From the NCBI GenBank assembly GCA_050946375.1, contig JBMNUT010000005.1, positions 7,522 through 71,521 on the forward strand: DNA of 64,000 nt, written 5' to 3'. The notes under the pieces were generated by a model, which saw only the letters and a list, made by a program, of their open reading frames with translations, had not been told where the DNA came from and made no database searches. The translations under genes and the position numbers were made by a program. Source of the DNA: Bacteroidaceae bacterium (GTDB lineage Bacteria > Bacteroidota > Bacteroidia > Bacteroidales > Bacteroidaceae). Positions 44,659 through 53,311 of the stretch are shown one piece after another. Position 1 is the first letter of the stretch; the number at the start of each line of letters is the position of its first letter.

Positions 44659-47466
44659 ATGGCCCTCAAAAAACACTATATATTCTTTCTGGTAGTATTT
44701 TGTGCTCTGTTGCAGACAATAGGGCATGTACCCGCAAAAGCAAACATGCATGGGCCGTGGATTAGTGGGGATACGCTGGAAATGGAGGGGGATACCCTGA
44801 AGGAGGCTGTGGGCGATTCTGTGCCTGCAGTACTTATCGATTCCTTAAACCATACGGCCGACTCGATAGCGGCGCTGCCACCTGATTCCATAGGAAGCGA
44901 GGGATTTGCGGAAGACTCTGTCCCTGAAAAGAAGAAAGACGAGCTGGAAGCTCCGGTTCCCTATACGGCCAACGACTCCATTATTTTCACCTTCGATTCG
45001 ACCAGTGTAACCCATCTCTATGGAAAGAGTAAGGTAACCTACCAGAAGTCGCAGCTCGAGGCGGAAGTCATCTCCATGAATATGGACAGCAGTACCGTCT
45101 ATGCCCACGGTGTGCCGGACTCTACGGGAAAGAGTTTCATCGGGCAGCCGGTTTTTACCGATGGAGGCGTCCCGTATGAGTCGGAAACTATGCGATACAA
45201 CTTCAAGTCTAAACGAGGGTTCATCCACAATGTGAATACTCAGCAGGGGGAAGGTTACGTAATCAGCTACAATGCCAAAAAGGACTCGCTGGATAATCTG
45301 TACATGCGCAACGGTCTTTATACGACGTGCGACAACAAAGAGCATCCGCACTTCTACCTGGCATTGACCCGCGCCAAGGCCCGCGTCAAGAAGAACGTGG
45401 TTTTCGGCCCGGCCTACCTCGTGGTCGAAGATGTCCCGCTGCCGCTGGGCATTCCTTTCGGCTTCTTTCCTTTCACGAGCAGCTATTCTTCCGGATTCCT
45501 AATGCCCTCCTATGGTGACGAAATGGAGCGTGGTTTCTATTTGCGCGACGGCGGATATTATTTTGCCATCAGCGACTACATGGATTTGCGCCTGACGGGC
45601 GAGATTTTTACGAAAGGAAGCTGGGGCATAAGTGCCGCTTCCAATTACAACAAGCGCTATAAGTTCTCCGGAAACTTCAACCTCAGTTATTTGTATACGA
45701 AGACGGGCGAGAAGAATATGCCGGACTATTCGGTGTCGAAGGACTTCAAGCTTCAGTGGAGTCACCGGCAGGATTCCAAGTTCAGGCCCAATACTTCGTT
45801 TTCGGCGAGTGTGAACTTCTCGACAAGTTCGTATGAGCATTCCAACCTGGACAGCTATTATAATCCGGCACTCTTCTCGCAGAATACCAAAACCTCAAGT
45901 ATTAACTTTACAAAGACTTTCCCCGACCAGAAACTGACGATATCCGGCGGTCTGAACCTGTCGCAGTCTTCCAGCGACTCCACCATATCGATTTCTTTCC
46001 CGAACTTGTCTGTCAGCGTAAGTACCTTCTATCCTTTCAAAAGGAAGAAGGCCGCCGGTTCCGAGCGCTGGTATGAAAAGATCAGAATGAGCTACTCCGG
46101 ACAGTTGGCCAACAGCATCACGACGAAAGAAAACCAGCTCCTGAAGTCGAATATCATTAAGGATTGGCGAAACGCCATCAAGCACGAAATTCCCATCTCG
46201 GCCACTTTTACGCTTTTCGACTACATCAGTGTGTCGCCCTCCTTCCGCTATACGGAGCGTTGGTACACCCACAAGGTGAAGCAGCGCATGGAAAACAACG
46301 AACTGGTGCGGGACACCATCTGGGGATTCAACCGCGTCTACAACTATACGGCAAGCCTTGCCTTCTCGACCAAGCTGTATGGTATGTACACGCCCGTCTT
46401 CGGAAAGAAAATCAAGCAAATCCGCCATGTGTTTACCCCGACGGTAACATTCAGCGCCGCCCCGGACTTCGGAGCCAGGCGCTATGGCTATTATGATTCA
46501 TACACCTACATCGACGCCTACGGCCATGAGCAAACCGTAGAATACTCTCCTTATTCCGGCCAGTTATACGGCGTTCCGAGCCAGGGCAAGACCGGTTCTG
46601 TTACGTTCGACGTGTCCAACAACCTGGAGATGAAGGTGGCTTCCAAGCGAGATACCTCGGGAATACGGAAAATAAGCCTTATCGACGAAATCGGCGGAAG
46701 CCTTTCGTACAATATGGCCGCCGCTACCCGCCCGTGGAGCGACCTCAGTTTCCGTTTGCGCCTGAAGTTGAGCAGCAGCTATACGTTCAACCTGAGCACA
46801 AGTTTTGCCACTTATGCCTATGAGTTCGACGAAAACGGAAACGTCCGGGTAGGCGACCGCACGGAATGGTCGTACGGACGTTTCGGACGTTTCTCGGGAA
46901 CCAGCTTTTCCTATTCGTACACGTTCAACAACCAGACCTGGAAAAAGTGGTTTGGCCCTAAGGAGAAAAAGGACGGCGAAAACTCTACCGGCGAAAGCGA
47001 GGGCGAAACGTCGTCCAGCACGTCCAAGTCTAACGGAAAGAAGAAAGAAGTGAAAGAAGAAAAGGCAGTGACCGACAACGACGGATATGAGGCATTCAGC
47101 ATGCCGTGGTCTTTCACTATTTCCTATTCGTGTCGTATTTCCGAGAATACCTCTGCAAAAATCAATCCGAAGAACATGCGCTATCCCTATCGGCTTACCC
47201 ACAGTTTGTCGGGAAGCGGTAGCTTGAAAATCAGTAATAAGTGGAGTTTTTCGTTTTCCACCGCCTATGATTTCGATGCCCACGAGATTGCCACCACAAC
47301 CTGCAATATCTCGCGCGATCTGCACTGCTTCACCATTACCGGAAGCCTGAATCCTTTTGGCCGTTGGAAGAGCTATAATTTCACCATCCGTGCCAAGAGT
47401 AGTCTGTTGCAAGACCTGAAGTGGGAGGAAAAGAGCTCGTATTCCAATAACGTGCGCTGGTATTGA
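44659..47466 (+). CDS. lptD: Putative LPS-assembly outer membrane protein LptD (OstA family)
   Basis: Signal peptide; 935 aa; OstA-like N-terminal part. The segment NGLYTTCDNKEHPHFYLALTRAKARVKKNVVFGPAYLVVEDVPLPLGIPFGFFP matches the conserved TxC..P.W/F core of Bacteroidota LptD as I remember it. Long beta-rich C-terminus ending ...NNVRWY. Confidence 0.65.
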   Translation: MALKKHYIFFLVVFCALLQTIGHVPAKANMHGPWISGDTLEMEGDTLKEAVGDSVPAVLIDSLNHTADSIAALPPDSIGSEGFAEDSVPEKKKDELEAPVPYTANDSIIFTFDSTSVTHLYGKSKVTYQKSQLEAEVISMNMDSSTVYAHGVPDSTGKSFIGQPVFTDGGVPYESETMRYNFKSKRGFIHNVNTQQGEGYVISYNAKKDSLDNLYMRNGLYTTCDNKEHPHFYLALTRAKARVKKNVVFGPAYLVVEDVPLPLGIPFGFFPFTSSYSSGFLMPSYGDEMERGFYLRDGGYYFAISDYMDLRLTGEIFTKGSWGISAASNYNKRYKFSGNFNLSYLYTKTGEKNMPDYSVSKDFKLQWSHRQDSKFRPNTSFSASVNFSTSSYEHSNLDSYYNPALFSQNTKTSSINFTKTFPDQKLTISGGLNLSQSSSDSTISISFPNLSVSVSTFYPFKRKKAAGSERWYEKIRMSYSGQLANSITTKENQLLKSNIIKDWRNAIKHEIPISATFTLFDYISVSPSFRYTERWYTHKVKQRMENNELVRDTIWGFNRVYNYTASLAFSTKLYGMYTPVFGKKIKQIRHVFTPTVTFSAAPDFGARRYGYYDSYTYIDAYGHEQTVEYSPYSGQLYGVPSQGKTGSVTFDVSNNLEMKVASKRDTSGIRKISLIDEIGGSLSYNMAAATRPWSDLSFRLRLKLSSSYTFNLSTSFATYAYEFDENGNVRVGDRTEWSYGRFGRFSGTSFSYSYTFNNQTWKKWFGPKEKKDGENSTGESEGETSSSTSKSNGKKKEVKEEKAVTDNDGYEAFSMPWSFTISYSCRISENTSAKINPKNMRYPYRLTHSLSGSGSLKISNKWSFSFSTAYDFDAHEIATTTCNISRDLHCFTITGSLNPFGRWKSYNFTIRAKSSLLQDLKWEEKSSYSNNVRWY

Positions 47467-47476
47467 TTCGGAAAAT

Positions 47477-49900
47477 ATGCGAAAGTTTACTCTTAGAATT
47501 GCCCTGCTTCTTTTGTTGTGTTCCCTTGTACATGCGCCGCTCATGGCGCAGATTTTGTTTGAGACCGGGCGCACGGCAAGAATTTATGTAGGCAAGTCGG
47601 AAAAAAGCGTAGTGCACATGGCTGCGGACATGCTGCGCAACGATGTAAAGAGCGTGTTCGACGCCCGTTTGCTATCGATATCGGAGCCGGGAGAGGCGGC
47701 AGAAATCGTAGCCGGTACGGTCGGAAACCCCGAATTCCGTGCTTTTCTGGATAAAAACCACATCGACATTTCCCAGATAGAAGGGCAATGGGAAGCCTTT
47801 CAGATTGCCACTCTGCACGGAAAGCAAGTCGTCGTTGCCGGAAGCGATGCGCGGGGCTTGGCTTATGGCCTGCTGGAAATCTCCCGTATGATAGGCGTTT
47901 CGCCGTGGGAGTGGTGGGCCGATGTGGTGCCGGACAAGCGGAAACGCTTCCGGGTGGCTGAGGTTTGCGAAAGCCGGCAGGCACCTTCCGTGCGTTACCG
48001 GGGTATTTTTCTCAACGATGAAGACTGGGGATTGACGCCGTGGTCCACTCATAACTTCGAACCGGAGGCACAAATCAGAAAAGACATAGATAAGAGCCGT
48101 TTCCGCGGGCAGGTCGGACCGAAAACATACGCAAAGATTTTCGAGCTCCTCCTCCGCCTGCGGGCCAATACCTTGTGGCCGGCCATGCACGAAGTGACGG
48201 TGCCGTTCTATTTCGTAGAGGGAAATCGCGAGATGGCCGAGCGTTATGGCATCGTGCTCAGCACGTCCCACTGCGAACCGATGATGCGCAATTCGGCAAC
48301 CGAGTGGGATTTGGCCGGAAAGGGAGAATATAATTTCCTGACGAACCGCCAGTCTGTCATCGACTATTGGGCCGACCGGCTCAAGGAGCTGGGCAATTCG
48401 GAAAACATATTCACCATTGGCATGCGTGGCAAGCACGACGGGCGCATGATTGGCGTGAAGAATACGGAAGAGTATAAAGACGCACTGTACGAGGTGCTGC
48501 ACGTACAGGACAGTCTGCTCCGCGCTTACATCAGTCCGGACAGCGAAAGTTTGCCCCAGCAGTTCATCCCTTACAAAGAAGTGCTCGACGTGTACCGCGC
48601 AGGCTTGCAGGTTCCGGAACATGTCACGCTCGTTTGGCCTGACGACAACTACGGTTATATCCGTCACTTCCCCGATTCGGCCGAACAGGCTCGCCCGGGT
48701 GGAAACGGAGTCTATTACCACACCTCTTATTGGGGCGAGCCGCACGATTTTCTGTGGTTGGGTATTGTGCAACCGGCCTTGATGTATCAGCAGATGAGGC
48801 TGGCCTACGACCGGAACATGCGGGCCATCTGGATACTCAACGTGGGCGATATCAAACCTTCCGAGTACCTGACCGAATTTTTCCTCGACCTTGCCTGGAA
48901 TATCGGCCTGCCCGGAAGTGAAGCAGGCAGCGGAGTCGTACGTTCTCACCTGGGTAACTGGCTGAAACGGACTTTCGGTGACCGGGTGGGGGAGCAGCTT
49001 TTGCCGCTGATGGACAGTTTCTATCTTCTTTCCCACGTCCGTAAGCCCGAATTCATGGGCAATACGCGTACTTATGACCGCCGCTATCAGAAAATAGCCG
49101 ACCTCCCTTGGACAAACGAAGAGGTAGTCGGACGGCTGGAGCAGTTCGAAAAACTGGCCGGCGGCGTGGAAAAGTGGTCGGCCCTCTTGCCCGAAAACCG
49201 GAAGGAGGCCTATTTTCAGTTGATTCAGTACCCCGTGTTGGCATCTTATGAGATGAATAAAAAGATGCTCTATGCCCAATTGGCCCGTCATACTCCGGCC
49301 GATAGCGCAGCGTTGTGGGCAAAGTCCGATGCAGCCTACGACAGTATCGTCACGCTCACGCAGCGTTACAACGCTTTGTGCGACGGAAAGTGGAACGGCA
49401 TCATGAGCTACTGTCCGCGTAATTTGCCCGTCTTTGGACGAGTGCCTCATACCGTGTCTGAATCGGGGCAGGACGATGCCCGCCCCCTGCCGCGCCAGTC
49501 GTGGGACGGCACGGAGTATTCATCCGTTTCAGGCACTTGTACGGTCGTCGACGGCCTGGGGCATTCGGGAAAAGCCGTGTGCCTCTCGAAAAATACTACG
49601 GTAGAATACGCTTTCCGGGGCAATACTTTCGACACGTTGACCGTGACCGTATGCCTGTTGCCGGTGCATGCCGTGGAGAATGGGCGTCTGCGTTTTTCGC
49701 TGTCTGTGGCAGGCGCAAACTCCGAACCGCACGTCTTCGACTGCGAGACAGCCGAGTACAGCGAGGAGTGGAAGGCCAATATTTTGCGGGCGCAGGCAGT
49801 GAAAACGGCCCGAATCCCCTGTGCGGGCGAGAACGGGCGCATCATACTTACCGCTATCGACGAGGGAGTCGTTGTCGACCGGGTAATCCTTTCGGAATAA
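47477..49900 (+). CDS. Glycoside hydrolase family 115 (alpha-glucuronidase-like)
   Basis: Signal peptide. VVAGSDARGLAYGLLEISRMIGVSPWEWWADV and VRYRGIFLNDEDWGLTPW match the GH115 N-terminal/catalytic-domain signatures (GSDxRGxxYGxxExSxxIGVSPWxWWADV; YRGIFxNDE). Confidence 0.8.
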   Translation: MRKFTLRIALLLLLCSLVHAPLMAQILFETGRTARIYVGKSEKSVVHMAADMLRNDVKSVFDARLLSISEPGEAAEIVAGTVGNPEFRAFLDKNHIDISQIEGQWEAFQIATLHGKQVVVAGSDARGLAYGLLEISRMIGVSPWEWWADVVPDKRKRFRVAEVCESRQAPSVRYRGIFLNDEDWGLTPWSTHNFEPEAQIRKDIDKSRFRGQVGPKTYAKIFELLLRLRANTLWPAMHEVTVPFYFVEGNREMAERYGIVLSTSHCEPMMRNSATEWDLAGKGEYNFLTNRQSVIDYWADRLKELGNSENIFTIGMRGKHDGRMIGVKNTEEYKDALYEVLHVQDSLLRAYISPDSESLPQQFIPYKEVLDVYRAGLQVPEHVTLVWPDDNYGYIRHFPDSAEQARPGGNGVYYHTSYWGEPHDFLWLGIVQPALMYQQMRLAYDRNMRAIWILNVGDIKPSEYLTEFFLDLAWNIGLPGSEAGSGVVRSHLGNWLKRTFGDRVGEQLLPLMDSFYLLSHVRKPEFMGNTRTYDRRYQKIADLPWTNEEVVGRLEQFEKLAGGVEKWSALLPENRKEAYFQLIQYPVLASYEMNKKMLYAQLARHTPADSAALWAKSDAAYDSIVTLTQRYNALCDGKWNGIMSYCPRNLPVFGRVPHTVSESGQDDARPLPRQSWDGTEYSSVSGTCTVVDGLGHSGKAVCLSKNTTVEYAFRGNTFDTLTVTVCLLPVHAVENGRLRFSLSVAGANSEPHVFDCETAEYSEEWKANILRAQAVKTARIPCAGENGRIILTAIDEGVVVDRVILSE

Positions 49901-49986
49901 GTGCCAGCACTTTTCCGCGAGAGTCGGGGCACTTCCGGCAAAAAGCCCTGCCGCTTTTGTCCGTTTCCGGCTTCGCTTTCGGCGCG
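49899..49986. repeat. Four repeat-family units directly after the GH115 stop
   Basis: AAGTGCCAGCACTTTTCCGC / GAGAGTCGGGGCACTTCCGGC / AAAAAGCCCTGCCGCTTTTGTCCG / TTTCCGGCTTCGCTTTCGGCGCG. Confidence 0.6.
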
Positions 49987-50015
49987 ACGTCTGCCCTCTC
50001 ACTCATAAACTACTT

Positions 50016-50906
50016 ATGAATATGGAAAAGAACACATCAACCCTTCGTTTGATTTACCCGCAATGGCAGGGAGCCGACGTCGTGCGTTTGCTCCCCGAGC
50101 TTCGAGACAATCCGGCCGATGCCGCCCGTGGCTATTTCCTGGGCGCCCGCCTGCTGGAGTTTCTCGCCCCCGACAATGGGCAGGAGACGCTGGTCGTCCC
50201 CGTATCCACCGAGATGACCGACCGCGAAGTGACGGACGGAGTGATGGACCGCGACGTTATTCTCCGTCAGACGGAAGCCGCTTTGGCCATGCTCAGTGCC
50301 GCCAATCCCGACAAGATCGTGACCTTGGGCGGAGAATGCTCCGTGAGTGTCGCCCCGTTCACCTACCTTGCCGCCAAGTACGGCGGCGATGTGGCCCTGA
50401 TCTGGATAGACGCGCATCCCGACATTACGCTCCCCGGCGATGTTTATGCAGGCTACCACGCCATGGCCGTTACCGCCTGCATGGGATTGGGCGAGCAGAA
50501 AATCATTTCTGCCCTGCCCGCCCGGATAGAGGCTTCCCGCATTTTGTACGTAGGCCTACGCAACTGGGAGCGCGAGGAGATTGAATTGCGGCAGAAGCAG
50601 TACGGCATTCCCCATCTCACCTGCGCCGACGTGGCAGAGGACAGCCGCGCCGTCCTCAAGTGGCTGCGTTCTTGCGGAGCCTCCAAGGTCCTTATCCATT
50701 TTGACATGGACGTTTTGGATCCCGCCGAGATAGTAGCTGCCGCCGGCCCCGAGCCGGACGGGATGAAGCTGGCACAAGTCGTACGGGTCATCAATGACAT
50801 TGCCGCAGAAAAGGAAGTCGTCGGGCTGACCGTTGCAGAGCCTATGCCCCGCATCGCCATCCGTCTTAAGAATATGCTGAGCCGGCTGCCGCTGCTGAAT
50901 CAATAA
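50016..50906 (+). CDS. Arginase-fold (ureohydrolase family) protein with a variant metal motif
   Basis: IWIDAHPDI (DAHxD) and IHFDMDVLDP (DxDxxDP) are present. The first motif reads GGECSVS instead of the canonical GGDHS. Confidence 0.7.
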   Translation: MNMEKNTSTLRLIYPQWQGADVVRLLPELRDNPADAARGYFLGARLLEFLAPDNGQETLVVPVSTEMTDREVTDGVMDRDVILRQTEAALAMLSAANPDKIVTLGGECSVSVAPFTYLAAKYGGDVALIWIDAHPDITLPGDVYAGYHAMAVTACMGLGEQKIISALPARIEASRILYVGLRNWEREEIELRQKQYGIPHLTCADVAEDSRAVLKWLRSCGASKVLIHFDMDVLDPAEIVAAAGPEPDGMKLAQVVRVINDIAAEKEVVGLTVAEPMPRIAIRLKNMLSRLPLLNQ

Positions 50907-50929
50907 CTTTTCAGAATTTCCCTGTTGCT

Positions 50930-51688
50930 ATGAATCAAGAAAACGATAAAGAACGCTTTGAGCGTGCGGTCCGTTCCTATCTGGAGGGGCATCACTACGA
51001 CCGGTTGCGCCTGCACAACGTATTGTTCGACATGGATGGCGTGCTCTTCGACTCCATGCCTTATCACGCCAAGGCCTGGAACAAATCGATGAAAGAGTTC
51101 GGCCTCGATTTACCCGAGGCTGAGGCTTTCCTCCACGAGGGGCGCACCGGTGCCGGAACCATCGACATCGTTATGCAGAGAGAGTGGGGCCGTAAGCCGA
51201 CGGAGGCCGAGATTCGTGAAATTTACGCCCGCAAATCAGAAATCTTCAATGCCTTTCCGCAAGCCGGGCCTATGCCGGGCGCGCGTGGGCTGGTGGAAAA
51301 GATGCGGCGCGACGGCCTGGTGGCACAGATCGTTACCGGTTCCGGACAAAAGTCCCTGCTCGCTCGCATAGAGCAGAGCTATCCTGGGCTATTCGAAGCC
51401 CGATTTATGGTAACGGCTTTCGATGTTCGCTACGGGAAGCCCGATCCTGAGCCATACCTCATGGGCTTGCAGAAAGCAGGCATAGGGCCGGATGAAGCCA
51501 TCGTAGTGGAAAATGCTCCGCTCGGCGTGCAGGCCGGTCACGATGCGGGCATCTTTACCGTAGCAGTCAATACGGGTCCGCTGCCCGACGAGGCACTTTT
51601 AGAAGCCGGTGCCGACCTTCTGTTCCCCTCCATGCAGGCCTTTGCCGACAGCTGGGAGACGTTTTTCGCCGCGACAAGCGTCGGTTGA
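50930..51688 (+). CDS. HAD-superfamily hydrolase (beta-phosphoglucomutase-like subfamily IA)
   Basis: Motif I VLFDMDGVLFDS, motif II VTGSGQKS, motif III/IV YGKPDPEPY...VVENAPLGVQAG. Confidence 0.8.
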   Translation: MNQENDKERFERAVRSYLEGHHYDRLRLHNVLFDMDGVLFDSMPYHAKAWNKSMKEFGLDLPEAEAFLHEGRTGAGTIDIVMQREWGRKPTEAEIREIYARKSEIFNAFPQAGPMPGARGLVEKMRRDGLVAQIVTGSGQKSLLARIEQSYPGLFEARFMVTAFDVRYGKPDPEPYLMGLQKAGIGPDEAIVVENAPLGVQAGHDAGIFTVAVNTGPLPDEALLEAGADLLFPSMQAFADSWETFFAATSVG

Positions 51689-51759
51689 CGCGTAGCGCGC
51701 CGCGCCCGGCAATGCGCCGCTGCGGGTCGCATGCGAAGAAATACTGCCCCTTTTAATGA

Positions 51760-51795
51760 AACAGCGGGACTTCCCCAAAAGGAAGTCCCGCTGTT
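51760..51795. terminator. Hairpin between the convergent HAD and alcohol dehydrogenase genes
   Basis: A 15-bp perfect stem, AACAGCGGGACTTCC (51760-51774) / GGAAGTCCCGCTGTT (51781-51795), with weak T tails on both strands. Confidence 0.6.
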
Positions 51796-51813
51796 CTGTT
51801 TGTAGGTAGGAGG

Positions 51814-52992
51814 TTACCCTTTGCAGGCGATGCGGAAGATGGCTTCCGTATCGGCGGGGGCAAGCCGCTTGAAGAAGCCTATTGTGGGGCCTTTGTGCAG
51901 GTGAAGCCGCCGTACCAGCTCGGGGATGTCTTCTTCGCGTGCGCCGATTTCACCGAAGGTGAGCGGCATGTTGATTGAGTGGAAGAACTCTTTCAGCCGA
52001 CGGATGCCCTCGCGTGCGTCGGCCACGGCATCGCCGCTGTCGGAAACCTGCATGACGCGGTGGGCAAACTGGGACAGTTTTTCGCTTTTCTCCTCGGCCA
52101 GATACGTCATCCAGGCGGGCACGATGACGGCAAGTCCCGCTCCGTGCGTCACGTTGTACAGGGCGCTCAGCTCGTGTTCCATGAAGTGCGATGCCCAATC
52201 CTCCTCGCGTCCCGTGCCGCAGATGCCGCCGTGGGCGATGGTTCCGGCCCACATTATGTTGGCGCGTGCGTCGTAGTCGTTCGGGTCCTGCAGCAGTTTT
52301 CGTGCTTCCTCCATGATGCTGACCAAAGCGCCCTCGCACAATCGGTCAGTCAGGCCGCATCCCGGCGTATTGGTGAAGTACCGTTCCATGATGTGCACCA
52401 TCATGTCCACGATTCCGGCAGCGGTCTGGTGGGGAGGCAGGGTGAAAGTCAGCTCGGGGTTCATGATTGAGAACTTCGGGCGCAAGGCTCTGGGCGTGCG
52501 GAGGCTGATTTTCTGCATGCCCTGCCGCAGCGTGATGACGCTGTTGCCGCTGGCTTCGCTGCCGGCGGCGGGTATGGTGAGCACGACCCCTACGGGCAAA
52601 GCCGTTTCCACGGTCGCTTTTCCGCAAAAGAAGTCCCAGAAGTCGCCTTCGTAGGGCACTCCGCAGGCAATGGCCTTGGCCGTATCGATGACCGACCCGC
52701 CGCCTACGGGCAGGAGGAAGTCGATTTGTTCGCGGCGCGCCAGGTCGATGCCTTCGCGCACCTTGTCGTCCAGCGGATTGGGCTGCACGCCTCCCATGAG
52801 GACGTAGGGTATTTTCCGTTCGTCCAGCGTCTGTTTTACGCGGTCGAGCAGGCCGCTGCGCACGACGGAGCCGCCGCCGTAGACGATGAGTACGCGCCGT
52901 GCGCCGTAGCGCAGCAGGGCTTCGCCGGTCTGCGCCTCGGCATTGTGTCCGAAGATGAACTCTGTCGGACTGTAGTACATGAAGTCGTTCAT
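51814..52992 (-). CDS. Iron-containing (group III) alcohol dehydrogenase
   Basis: ORF 51814..53175 trimmed to the ATG at 52992 (MNDFMYYSPTEFIFG, a typical Fe-ADH N-terminus), because the upstream 183 nt are the repeat array. NAD motif LPVGGGSVIDTAKAIA. Confidence 0.85.
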   Translation of the reverse strand: MNDFMYYSPTEFIFGHNAEAQTGEALLRYGARRVLIVYGGGSVVRSGLLDRVKQTLDERKIPYVLMGGVQPNPLDDKVREGIDLARREQIDFLLPVGGGSVIDTAKAIACGVPYEGDFWDFFCGKATVETALPVGVVLTIPAAGSEASGNSVITLRQGMQKISLRTPRALRPKFSIMNPELTFTLPPHQTAAGIVDMMVHIMERYFTNTPGCGLTDRLCEGALVSIMEEARKLLQDPNDYDARANIMWAGTIAHGGICGTGREEDWASHFMEHELSALYNVTHGAGLAVIVPAWMTYLAEEKSEKLSQFAHRVMQVSDSGDAVADAREGIRRLKEFFHSINMPLTFGEIGAREEDIPELVRRLHLHKGPTIGFFKRLAPADTEAIFRIACKG

Positions 52993-53040
52993 AAGAATTA
53001 TTGGATTTGTGAAGTGATTCGTCGCAGGGAAGCCTCTGTC

Positions 53041-53166
53041 GGTGCCGTACTTTTCCGCCGGAGCCTTGCCGCTTTCCGGGAAAAGCCTTGCATGTTTTCC
53101 GCAAAAGTCTTGCATCTTTTTCGAAAAAGTCTTGCCGCTTTCCGCAGGGCGGGGCAGCGCGCTTCC
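53041..53166. repeat. Six tandem 21-22-bp units in the divergent ADH / GH2 control region
   Basis: Units at 53041-59, 53060-80, 53081-102, 53103-23, 53124-45, 53146-66. For example AAAAGCCTTGCATGTTTTCCGC / AAAAGTCTTGCATCTTTTTCG / AAAAAGTCTTGCCGCTTTCCGC. Confidence 0.75.
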
Positions 53167-53276
53167 TCCATGCAAAGTAAGGTAATCGGCCGATAACGTA
53201 CAACTTCCTGCCCGTTTTTTTGCCCCTTCCGCCGGAAAACATAGCCCCGGGGAGCGAGGAATTGTATCAATTTCGT

Positions 53277-53284
53277 TATTTTTG
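53277..53284 (+). promoter_or_regulatory. -7 box TATTTTTG for the GH2-like gene
   Basis: Exact TAnnTTTG match 27 nt before the ATG at 53312. Confidence 0.45.
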
Positions 53285-53311
53285 TCCCCACATCCATACC
53301 TTTATTTCCTC

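Noticed and set aside
52993-53175. N-terminal extensions offered by the ORF track: ADH start 53175, waaA 9056, pepP-like 35419, GT4 62531, S41 1913, SusC 25941, mscS 43948, and others.
   Set aside because: The extensions use TTG/GTG or translate repeat arrays or promoter boxes. Downstream ATGs give canonical N-termini (signal peptides, MNDFMYYSPTEFIFG, MKVLFVNT...).
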